From: an uncultured Victivallales bacterium
Lineage (GTDB): Bacteria; Verrucomicrobiota; Kiritimatiellia; UBA8416; SLMC01
Assembly: GCA_964646045.1 (NCBI GenBank)
Contig: CAZYAW010000105.1
Span: 1 to 41,144 of the forward strand
Direction: 5' to 3'
DNA length: 41,144 bases
Shown here: piece by piece, positions 30,404-38,452 of the stretch
Numbering within the stretch: position 1 is the first letter of the stretch
Layout of the letters: every line of letters starts with the position of its first letter
Program-made: the position numbers and the translations under genes
The notes under the pieces: generated by a model
Told to the model about the DNA's origin: nothing
The model's database searches: none
What the model saw: the letters and a program-made list of their open reading frames with translations, nothing else

Positions 30404-31135
30404 ATGCAAGACACTCTGGTACAGGTGCGCGATCTGAGCAAGACCTTTCGGCTGCGCGGCGAGGTTTTGCACGCGCTCAAGAACATCGAACTGGATATTT
30501 ACACGGGCGAGTACCTGTCCATCATGGGGCCGTCCGGCTCGGGCAAGAGCACCCTCTTCAACATGATCGGCGGTCTGGACCATCCGTCGGAGGGTTTCGT
30601 CGAGGTGGCCGGAATCCGGCTGGGCGACTTGAGGCCCCGGCAACTGGCGTACTTGCGCGGCAACGAAATCGGCTACGTTTTTCAGTCCTACAACCTGTTG
30701 CCGGCCTACGGGGCGCTGATGAACGTCTGTATGCCGCTGCTCTTCAGCGGACAGACGCCCCAGGCGGCCGAACGCCGGGCCACGGAAGTCCTGGAGCGGG
30801 TCGGGCTGGGCGATCGCATCGACCACCGGCCCGACGAGCTGTCCGGCGGACAGCAGCAGCGCGTGGCCATCGCGCGCGCGCTGGCCAATTCCCCGTCCAT
30901 TATTCTGGCCGACGAACCGACGGCCAATCTCGACCTGGAAACCGGCCGGCAGATCATCGACCTGCTGGCTTCGCTGTCGAGCGAGTTCGGCGTAACCGTT
31001 ATCAGCGCCACGCACGATCACCAGATGCTGGCCGCATCCGACCGCATCCTGTGGATTAAGGACGGCGCCGTGGACCGTCTGGAACGTCGCGAAGATCTGG
31101 ACATCCAGGTCGGAGTGATCGAGGACGAAGTCTAA
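30404..31135 (+). CDS. ABC transporter ATP-binding protein (MacB/LolD/FtsE-type), copy 2
   Basis: [54 protein letters not shown] 30404 lies 14 nt after the upstream stop. The 860-aa track ORF is a shadow upstream of this point. Confidence 0.88.
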   Translation: MQDTLVQVRDLSKTFRLRGEVLHALKNIELDIYTGEYLSIMGPSGSGKSTLFNMIGGLDHPSEGFVEVAGIRLGDLRPRQLAYLRGNEIGYVFQSYNLLPAYGALMNVCMPLLFSGQTPQAAERRATEVLERVGLGDRIDHRPDELSGGQQQRVAIARALANSPSIILADEPTANLDLETGRQIIDLLASLSSEFGVTVISATHDHQMLAASDRILWIKDGAVDRLERREDLDIQVGVIEDEV

Positions 31136-33567
31136 CCGAGAAACACTTTGTACCGTACGGGCGTCTGGCCCGTGGCCCAGTAGTAGACCGCGCCGCTGGC
31201 CGCGACCAGGATGCCGGCGATCATTTCTCCGGCGATCAGTCCGAAGATCAACGGCTTCATGTTGCGGCATAGCCGCCAGCCCCCGTAGCGTTCCGCCACC
31301 GTCTTGACCAGCGCGCCCGCCAGAAAGGACGCCGACAAGCTCAAGGCGTCGTTGGTGCCCAACACCAGAAACATGAGCGGGTGCAGCGGCCATCCCGGAA
31401 AGCGCCGTCGGCACCAGGTGAAAACGAAGACGAGCGTCATGGCGACGGCAAAGGCCGCGACATATTCGCGGCGCGGCGCCAGGGCGCGCAGACCGCCCAG
31501 TTTCCCGGCCTGCGCGGCGCCCAGTTGTCCCTGCGACGCCAGCAGACGCCGCACCGCCACGTCGTTTTCGTAGGGGGCGGTTGGAACGCGGTCGACGATC
31601 CATTCGTCGCCCGTGCGCATGGTGCCGTAGTTGTACTGCCAGTACAGGGTGGCCGCCGCCGCGACCACCAGAGCGACGCCCACGGCGACGGTGCCGCTCA
31701 ACGCGATTTTGCCGGGCCGCACGCCTTTGCTCTCGCAGAGCCGCAAGGCGCTGAAGGCCAGGCCCATGACCATTTCCCTGTAGGTGATGAGCAGCATCGA
31801 CGACAAAATGCCCATGATCAGCAGGCGGTCCGGTCCGACGGCCTCGGCGCCCAGCAAGCCCCACAGCAGGGCGCCGGTGTACCAGCTCGATTGGGTTGTG
31901 AATACGCCGCCCTCCGCCAGGAGCCGGCTGACTACCGTGGAGATCACGACGGCGCCGGCCGCGTACAGGATGCCCAGCCACAACGGCAGGCCGACCCCGT
32001 GCAGGATCAGGACAAAGGCGGCCAAGCCGACGATAAACACCCGAGATCCCCATATCTCGTGCGGACGAACCTCGTCCATGGCGCGCGTCAGTCCGAGGGC
32101 GCGCGCGAACACGGCGCGCAAATGGCGGTGCGCCGCGGCAAACAGCGCGATAAACATGGCCACGTAGGCGCCCGCGTGCAGGGAGGGCTGAATGCCGGGA
32201 CTGAACGTTCCGTATCCCGCGCTGATGTCGACCCCGTACCGAGTGACCAGAGTGCCGACGACGGCCCAGTAGAGCCAGGGCGCGACGCCGACCGAAAAAG
32301 AGATGTCGCGCGACAGCAGGTAGGCGAACCCGAAGGCCGCAAAACCGATGCGCGGCACGAACAGCCGCTGACCCGGCCCGGAACTCAGAGCCGGGAACAG
32401 ATCCTTCAGGGCTCGCAGGTCGGCATAGGTGCGGACGGGAATCAGCGTGCCGGGCCACCACTCTGCCAGGTAGTTGTTTAGATGGATCGCGAGCACGACG
32501 CCCATGCCCGCCAGAAACCAGCGGGAACGGAGCGTGGCGGGCAGACCGCCCCCTTCGCCGGGCAGGATTTCGGTCAGGAACTGTACCGTCGGGTAGGGGA
32601 GTCGTTCGTGTTCGACCCACTGCCGGTGCAGCACCAGGGCCAGTCCGATCACGGCGATCGACAAGGTCAGGACGAGGGGCATCCAGAACGACCAGGGCCG
32701 TATCCAGGACGAGAAAGGGACGTTTTGCGGCGCAATATTCTCGTTTCCTTCCCGCATGCCGACCACGAAGGGGTCCAGTACGGTCGAGGCGTTTCGGGAA
32801 TCGACATCCGTCAGCATGCGTCGCGGCGCGCTCTCCACGGGTCCCGGGCGTCGCGCTTCGACGGCGCCGCCGGCCAGCAAGTCCAGGACGCCGCGGTTGA
32901 GTCGCACGCGCTCGTCCGGATCGAGGTCCGACAACCGGCGCGCCATGAGTTGCCGCATGTACGAGGGCAGATACATCTTGTCGTGCCGTACGGCGGACTG
33001 CCAGTCGACGGGCTCCCGCAGGAAGGCATTGACCCCCTGGCAGATCCGTCTGCGGTGGTCCTCGCGGTCGGCCCGCTCTTCCGCGTCTTGTTCGAGCGTG
33101 ACGCGCAGTTCGGCGGGCAGATGCTTCCATAACAGTACGGCGGTCGCGCTCGCATCCGGCCGGCGTCCGCGGCCGAGGGTCGCGGTCAGCGCGGCCCAGT
33201 CGCGCACTTGATTCGGCGACAGTTCCGCGGCCGTCCCTTTCCAGGCCGGTCGCAGGCGGGCGTAGTGCTGCGGCATGATCATGATGTTGTTAAAGAAATG
33301 CATCAGACCGCGTCCCGGCACAAAACAAGAAAAGAGGGTGATTCCGGCGGCGACGGCCAATTCCGGCGCCGAGAACGCCAGTCGCCGTTTCAGTCTGGCC
33401 AGCAGGGGATTGAGGATCAGTACGAAGAGCGCCAGCGTTCCGAAGACGGCGAAGGGCGCAAAATTGCCGGTCATCTCGCTGCTCAGCATCACTTTGTCGT
33501 TGAAAAAAGTGAACAGAGCCAGGAACAATGCGCCCGCAAATCCCAGCGTCAGCGATCGCCATGTCAT
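31132..33567 (-). CDS. 811-aa polytopic membrane protein, paralog of 33608-35644 (OPT-like; possibly the DUF6785/DUF6784 type)
   Basis: N-terminal TFFNDKVM, then LVLHRQWVEHERLPYPTVQF, then C-terminal KPLIFGLIAGEMIAGILVA. AGGAG lies 9 nt upstream of the ATG. The DUF names are recalled from memory, not verified. Confidence 0.75.
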   Translation of the reverse strand: MTWRSLTLGFAGALFLALFTFFNDKVMLSSEMTGNFAPFAVFGTLALFVLILNPLLARLKRRLAFSAPELAVAAGITLFSCFVPGRGLMHFFNNIMIMPQHYARLRPAWKGTAAELSPNQVRDWAALTATLGRGRRPDASATAVLLWKHLPAELRVTLEQDAEERADREDHRRRICQGVNAFLREPVDWQSAVRHDKMYLPSYMRQLMARRLSDLDPDERVRLNRGVLDLLAGGAVEARRPGPVESAPRRMLTDVDSRNASTVLDPFVVGMREGNENIAPQNVPFSSWIRPWSFWMPLVLTLSIAVIGLALVLHRQWVEHERLPYPTVQFLTEILPGEGGGLPATLRSRWFLAGMGVVLAIHLNNYLAEWWPGTLIPVRTYADLRALKDLFPALSSGPGQRLFVPRIGFAAFGFAYLLSRDISFSVGVAPWLYWAVVGTLVTRYGVDISAGYGTFSPGIQPSLHAGAYVAMFIALFAAAHRHLRAVFARALGLTRAMDEVRPHEIWGSRVFIVGLAAFVLILHGVGLPLWLGILYAAGAVVISTVVSRLLAEGGVFTTQSSWYTGALLWGLLGAEAVGPDRLLIMGILSSMLLITYREMVMGLAFSALRLCESKGVRPGKIALSGTVAVGVALVVAAAATLYWQYNYGTMRTGDEWIVDRVPTAPYENDVAVRRLLASQGQLGAAQAGKLGGLRALAPRREYVAAFAVAMTLVFVFTWCRRRFPGWPLHPLMFLVLGTNDALSLSASFLAGALVKTVAERYGGWRLCRNMKPLIFGLIAGEMIAGILVAASGAVYYWATGQTPVRYKVFLG

Positions 33568-33607
33568 AGTTTACGACTCCTACATTGCGGATCGGGCGCC
33601 GTTGACG

Positions 33608-35644
33608 CTACGGCGGCAAAACCCAGAAGTTTGTCAGCGTCTCTCCCGTGACGAAAAAGTGAACGGCGCCGATCATGCTGGGAAGAATCGCGCCGAGCAC
33701 TTCGCCCGCGATGAATCCGAACATCAGAGGCTTCAGGCGGTTGACCAGGGCCGAACCGCCGTAACGGTCGACGGCCAGCTTGACCAGCCATCCCAGCAGA
33801 AAGCTCGGAGCCGTGCGCTGGAGCGGAACGGTCGCGCACGTAACCATCAGGATGGGATGCAGGGGCCACCATGGCAAACGGAGTCGCGCCGCCGCGAGTC
33901 CGGCGGCTCCGATCAGACCGATGAACAAGGCCCAGCCACAGGACGGTTCCATCCGTATGCGGCTCACGTTCGACCCGCTCGGCGGTTGCATGGCTTGTTC
34001 CAGCTCGCCGCGGGCCTCGAGCTGCTGCTTGACCGCCGCGGCATTGTTGAGCGCAAAAGTGGGCACGTGCTGTTGCGTCCAAGTGTCCGCGACGGAGCTG
34101 CCCTGATCGTAGTGCAGGTACAGGGTCACGGGCAGGGCGACGGTTACGCAGACCACCAGGGCCACGGCGCACCAGACCGCAACGCGGCCGGGCGCGACGC
34201 GGTGCAGATCGAGCAATTTCCAGTTGTTGACGAGGAACGGCATCAGCGACTCGCGAGGGTCTATGAAGAGGACCGTGGAAACCATCTGAATCGCGACCAG
34301 CGTCGGCAGGCCGATGGCGCCGACGCCGAACAGGCCCCAGAGGGCGGCGCAGGGCCACACGAAAGGCTGCATATAGAACAAGCCGGCTTCGCTGATCAGC
34401 CGCCCCATGACCGTGTACAGAAGCATGAGCAGAAGGACGTACAATACGGCCATCGGCCAGGACACGCCGGCCAAACGGAGCTGCAGCGCCAGGACGAGGC
34501 TCATGACCAGGAACAGCCGGGCTCCCCAGGTTTCGTAAGGGGGAACGTCCGGATGGCCTCCGGGCCGCAAGGCATGGCCGAAAACCTGCCGGTAGTGGTG
34601 GCGCCCGGAATATACCAGCGCCCCGAACAAGCCCAGATTGCCGCCCAGTAGAAGGAACTGTCTCGGCTGGGGCGACAGGTAGTTGCCGGTCCCGATATTC
34701 GAGGTTTCGACCTGAATGCCGTAGGTCAGCAGCGCCCCGACCGCTACGGCGTACAGAAAGGGCCCGATCCCCAGCGAAAACGACACGTCTTTGGGAATCA
34801 TAAACGCGATCGCGACGACCGTAAAATAGAGAACCGGAGACAGCAGTTGCCGTCCCAGATGCGTATCCAGCGCCGGAATCAGTTCGCGGAAGGCCTGCAA
34901 ATTGAATTGGCGCTTAATCTCAATCACGTATTCGGGGAATGTCCCCGCCGCGAAGCGGCTCATATGCACCAGAAAGACGAGCGTCAGACCGGTCCAGAAC
35001 AGCCGGCTGCGCAGGACCGGGCTCCAGCGGCCGCTTTCGTCCGGGAAAAGGCTGTTGGTGAACGCGACGATCGGGTAGGGCAGATGTTCGTGGCGCGACC
35101 ATTGTCGGTGCAGCACGAGCGAAAGGCCGATCACGGCCAGCCACGTCGCCAGGAAAATCGGCAGCCAGAAGGCGACGGCGCGCGTCCACGCGCGCCACGG
35201 CACGTCGCGGAAGGAAATGGCTTCCGGCCCCGTGCGAAGCCCCTGGCGAAAGCCGTCCAGCACGCGGTTTTCGTCTTCCGACACGTCGGCCAGCATCCGG
35301 TCGGGGACCATCTCCATGACCTCCTGGCTGCGCCAGCTCGCATAGATGCGGTTGTAGTGCTGCGGCTGGATGAGCGACGTGCCGAAAGCGCGCATCATGC
35401 TGGAACCGGGAATACAGCAGGCGGCGAGAACGATGGCAAGCGCGACCGCGATTTCGGGACCGCGCAAGGCATGCCGTCCGAGCAGCGGCGCGGCCAGCAC
35501 GTACAGCAGCAGCATCCCGAACACCACGATCGGCATGTTGTTGCCGATCAGATGGGTCTGGTGCATCACATGGTCGTTAAAGAACGTTACGGCGGCGACG
35601 ATCACAACGCCTATTAAACCGAGAATGACGCTTCGCTTTGTCAT
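33608..35644 (-). CDS. 678-aa polytopic membrane protein, paralog of 31132-33567
   Basis: Colinear motifs TFFNDHVM, LVLHRQWSRHEHLPYPIVAF and KPLMFGFIAGEVLGAILPS. It lies 40 nt upstream of its paralog on the same strand. Confidence 0.75.
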   Translation of the reverse strand: MTKRSVILGLIGVVIVAAVTFFNDHVMHQTHLIGNNMPIVVFGMLLLYVLAAPLLGRHALRGPEIAVALAIVLAACCIPGSSMMRAFGTSLIQPQHYNRIYASWRSQEVMEMVPDRMLADVSEDENRVLDGFRQGLRTGPEAISFRDVPWRAWTRAVAFWLPIFLATWLAVIGLSLVLHRQWSRHEHLPYPIVAFTNSLFPDESGRWSPVLRSRLFWTGLTLVFLVHMSRFAAGTFPEYVIEIKRQFNLQAFRELIPALDTHLGRQLLSPVLYFTVVAIAFMIPKDVSFSLGIGPFLYAVAVGALLTYGIQVETSNIGTGNYLSPQPRQFLLLGGNLGLFGALVYSGRHHYRQVFGHALRPGGHPDVPPYETWGARLFLVMSLVLALQLRLAGVSWPMAVLYVLLLMLLYTVMGRLISEAGLFYMQPFVWPCAALWGLFGVGAIGLPTLVAIQMVSTVLFIDPRESLMPFLVNNWKLLDLHRVAPGRVAVWCAVALVVCVTVALPVTLYLHYDQGSSVADTWTQQHVPTFALNNAAAVKQQLEARGELEQAMQPPSGSNVSRIRMEPSCGWALFIGLIGAAGLAAARLRLPWWPLHPILMVTCATVPLQRTAPSFLLGWLVKLAVDRYGGSALVNRLKPLMFGFIAGEVLGAILPSMIGAVHFFVTGETLTNFWVLPP

Positions 35645-35871
35645 AAGGCATTTCTTTTGCTAGTGAATCCGCATGGCGAACTCGATGTGCGCGGAGATGC
35701 CGGCGCGACAATGCGTCGTTCCCGTGCGTGCCGATCCATGCTTTGCAGCCGTATTCCATTGCATAGCACAAGCCGCAAGGCGGAGGCAAACATAAAAACA
35801 CGGCTTTAATGGAGCCAGTCGGCGGGCGTCTACTCGAAGTTGCGCAATCGCGATAAATAGGCGCAAAAACC

Positions 35872-35900
35872 TTGACAAAGGCCGGCCGATCCAATAGATT
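35872..35900 (+). promoter_or_regulatory. Near-consensus sigma-70-type promoter, TTGACA-N17-TAGATT
   Basis: TTGACA at 35872-35877, an exact 17-nt spacer, and TAGATT at 35895-35900, read directly. It faces the hairpin and coding fragment to the right. Confidence 0.45.
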
Positions 35901-35925
35901 ATCCGCGTAAATAGGTGGTCCGTGG

Positions 35926-35944
35926 CACGGGCGTCCCGCCCGTG
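35926..35944. repeat. GC-rich REP-like hairpin (CACGGGCG tcc CGCCCGTG)
   Basis: Perfect 8-bp inverted repeat with a 3-nt loop, about 25 nt downstream of the promoter-like element. Confidence 0.5.
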
Positions 35945-35949
35945 AATAA

Positions 35950-36453
35950 TGTCATAATTTCACTGTCATCCCATGGAATAATGCCAATGGCGACAATACC
36001 GGCCGTGACGCGGGCTCGGTCTCGATCACGTCTGTCAACGAAAACATCACCGTCACCGGTTCGATCAATCTCAGCAAAGTGGACAACACGGCGCGCAACG
36101 GCAACCTGACGCTGTCCTGCGGCAATCGCATCGCGCTGTCGTCGCTGAACAAGAATCTGGTTCGGAACGTGAACTTGTCCGTGACGCTGGGCGGCACCGT
36201 ATCCAAGAAGGAATACATGTGGATCTGGATCAAGAGCGAGCCGACCAATTTCACGGTGGACGAAGGCCTCAAAAGGGTGACCGGGTTCACCGCCGTGGAC
36301 AGCCACGTGTACGACACCGACAACGCCGGGAGTCTGTCGGGCGACTACACCATCATGCTCGGCACTCTGAACCGTGAACGGCTTCGTTCTCCGACCCCTT
36401 CGTGCTCTTCGCGTCCTTCGTGGTGCAAATCGGGGTGCAAGGTCAGGCGCTGA
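35950..36453 (+). pseudogene. Start-less coding fragment (C-terminal remnant of a larger, probably secreted beta-rich protein)
   Basis: The frame is open from 35950 with clear codon bias (NITVTGSINLSKVDNTARNGNLTLSCGN...WIWIKSEPTNFTVDEGL). The first canonical start is GTG 36079. The 3' end runs into heptamer/nonamer repeats and overlaps the ychF stop. Confidence 0.4.
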
Positions 36454-37513
36454 AGCGCACGTTGATCACATCGCCGTCCTGCACCGGGTACTCCTTGCCC
36501 TCTTCCCGTACGCAGGGGCCGCCCTTGAGTTGCTTCCAGGGTCCGTTCGCCATGTAGTCCTGCAGACTGACGACCTCGGCGCGAATGAAGCCGCGCGAGA
36601 TGTCCTTGTGGATTTTGCCGGCCGCCTCGACGGCCCGTTCGTTGCGGTTGATCAGCCAGGCGCGACTTTCCGTGGGACCGATCGTAAAGAACGTGGCCTT
36701 GTCGGCCGCCTCCAGGGCGGCGCGCAGTACGCGCTCGCCGATCGGCACGCGGATGTCGAGCGCTTCGACGAACTCCCGGCGTTCCTCCTCCGCCAGATCG
36801 CCCAGCGCGCCTTCGGTCTCGACCGCGGCCGTCACGCAGCGGCGGTCGGCCATGAAAGAGGGCGGGGGCTCGTTCAATTGGTCGTCCTCCACGTTCAGGC
36901 AGAAGAGCGGCGCGCGTGCGGTCAGGAACGGAAACTGCGCCAGTCGGCGACGGCCGCCTTCGTCCAGATCGGCGTCGCGGGTGGGGACGCCCTCTTCCAG
37001 GGCCGCGCGCAGGGTTTGCAAAACGGCGATTTCCGCGTCGTACTCCGCCTTCTGTTCGCGCGGCGGCGTCTTGACGGATTCGATTTTCTCGATACGGCGC
37101 TCGATGATGGCCAGATCGCCCAGCAGCAGCTCGCTCTCCACCTCGCCCAGATCGCGGGCCGCATCCACGGAACCGAGCGGATGCGGTACGGCGTCGTTGC
37201 GGAAGGCCCGCAGCGTCACGATCAGCAGATCGAAATTGCGCACCTTGCCCAGCAGTTCGGCGCTGGTGCGGCGCGCGCCTTTTTCGCCAGAAAGCAAGCC
37301 GGTCACGTCGCTGAGGTTCACCTGGGCGAAAGTCGTTTTGCGGCTGTTTTCCAGTGTGGCCGCCGCGACCAGACGCGCGTCCGGCACCGCCGCGCCCAGG
37401 GTTTCCATGCCCTCCGAGCCGCCGAAACGGCCGGGGTTCGCGCGTACGCCGGTCAGCGCGCGAAACAGAGAGGTTTTGCCCGCGGCGGGCAGTCCGATAA
37501 TGCCAATATCCAT
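36443..37513 (-). CDS. ychF: Ribosome-binding ATPase YchF (Obg-like GTPase family)
   Basis: G1 motif IGIIGLPAAGKTSLFRALT and the C-terminal TGS-like FFTIGPTESRAWLI...AAGKIHKDISRGFIRAEV. Confidence 0.88.
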   Translation of the reverse strand: MDIGIIGLPAAGKTSLFRALTGVRANPGRFGGSEGMETLGAAVPDARLVAAATLENSRKTTFAQVNLSDVTGLLSGEKGARRTSAELLGKVRNFDLLIVTLRAFRNDAVPHPLGSVDAARDLGEVESELLLGDLAIIERRIEKIESVKTPPREQKAEYDAEIAVLQTLRAALEEGVPTRDADLDEGGRRRLAQFPFLTARAPLFCLNVEDDQLNEPPPSFMADRRCVTAAVETEGALGDLAEEERREFVEALDIRVPIGERVLRAALEAADKATFFTIGPTESRAWLINRNERAVEAAGKIHKDISRGFIRAEVVSLQDYMANGPWKQLKGGPCVREEGKEYPVQDGDVINVRFSA

Positions 37514-37571
37514 AGTTCGGTTCCTTTAAACGGGCTACGCCCGTATCTCAAATATCAGATTTCAAATCGTA

Positions 37572-37608
37572 ACTACTCAGGCATTCAGAATTCTGACTCC
37601 CTGAGTAG
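37572..37608. repeat. 37-nt hairpin with a 10-bp outer stem and a nested 12-bp palindrome TCAGAATTCTGA
   Basis: ACTACTCAGG ... CCTGAGTAGT encloses cat-TCAGAATTCTGA-ctc, read directly, about 60 nt upstream of the ychF start. Confidence 0.6.
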
Positions 37609-37842
37609 TAACGACGGAACAATATAAAACGTGGCAGTAGCGATCGGCGGTAATAGGTATACGGATTTCGCGGCGGACGCAAGCTCCAAAGTTCAGACTT
37701 CCTGACCTCGCAGGAAAACGCACAACCCGGTGTCTGGCCTTGAAAAGCCGTCCGCGGGTTTTCTATGGCCTGACACCATCCGGATGCAAGGAGTGACGAG
37801 AAGCCACGCATCTGAACCGCCAACAACGCCAAGAATGTTGGG

Positions 37843-37876
37843 GTAGCCACAAAAAGTCACGAGTAGCCACAAAAAG
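37843..37876 (+). promoter_or_regulatory. Two 14-bp direct repeats GTAGCCACAAAAAG, 20 bp apart; candidate operator of the antitoxin gene
   Basis: Exact repeats at 37843-37856 and 37863-37876, lying 47-80 nt upstream of ATG 37923. The function is inferred. Confidence 0.35.
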
Positions 37877-37922
37877 GGGCGACAAGCCCGCTCTCTCGCC
37901 AATCATTAGCGTGGAGGTAGGA

Positions 37923-38192
37923 ATGATTGCAACATACAAAGCGCGCTTGCTCGGCAACATGCTGGATTGGCAGGAAGAATCTCCGCCTGTTTCGTCTTCC
38001 ACTGTTTCGGTTCTGGTAACGGTGCTTCCCCATCCAGACACGCCCTTGCGCGCACATGAGCCTACAGGTAGCAGGCTGGCGGCTATCCTGAAAAGGCTGG
38101 CTCGGGAAAACACGGTTCCATCCATACCGAACCCCGTCGAATGGCAAAAAGAAATGCGCCGAGACAGGGTGTTGCCCGGACGAGAGGATTAA
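37923..38192 (+). CDS. Putative type II antitoxin (partner of a PIN-domain toxin)
   Basis: 89 aa. GGAGG lies 5 nt upstream of the ATG. The C-terminal EWQKEMRRDRVLPGRED resembles antitoxin tails seen upstream of vapC genes. Its stop abuts the ATG of a PIN-like ORF. Confidence 0.5.
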   Translation: MIATYKARLLGNMLDWQEESPPVSSSTVSVLVTVLPHPDTPLRAHEPTGSRLAAILKRLARENTVPSIPNPVEWQKEMRRDRVLPGRED

Positions 38193-38294
38193 ATGCTTCT
38201 GGACAGCAACATCATCATTTATGCGGCCCAACCCGGAGCCGTTGCGCTCCAAAACCATATTGCTTCGCGAGACGTCTTTATCCATTGTCTGTAG
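38193..38294 (+). pseudogene. Truncated PIN-domain (VapC-like) toxin, 33 codons
   Basis: MLLDSNIIIYAAQPGAV... is a typical VapC N-terminus with the first acidic residue. The frame stops after 33 aa, against an expected ~130 aa, about 20 nt before repeat copy A. Confidence 0.55.
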
Positions 38295-38313
38295 CCTGGC
38301 GCGGACATTCGCA

Positions 38314-38452
38314 ACGACAAACAGGCTCATTGAATCCTGGGCTTACAGCCCAAATATCATGCGAAAAATGCTTTGCAAGGCCCTCTGAGAGCCTTGTTTT
38401 GCGGAACAAGCCGTTCCTTATGAGAGAGTTATAGACGCTAAGCGTCGGGGGG
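38314..38452 (+). repeat. Repeat family copy A (~139 bp) ending in the palindrome GACGCTAAGCGTC
   Basis: By hand alignment it matches copy C (40843-40982) at roughly 70-75 percent. The two share ACGACAAACAGG, TTACAGCC, ATCATGCGAAAAATGC, a CAAGGC/GCCTTG hairpin followed by TTTT, and TATGAGA...TTAT.GACGCTAAGCGTCG. Confidence 0.75.

Noticed and set aside
28553-31135. 860-aa plus-strand ORF
   Set aside because: Only the last 243 aa (from ATG 30404) form an ABC ATPase. The upstream part is an out-of-frame shadow of the 676-aa membrane protein gene. The ORFs at 20235-21185 and 12926-15451 were trimmed the same way, to 20802 and 14806 respectively.
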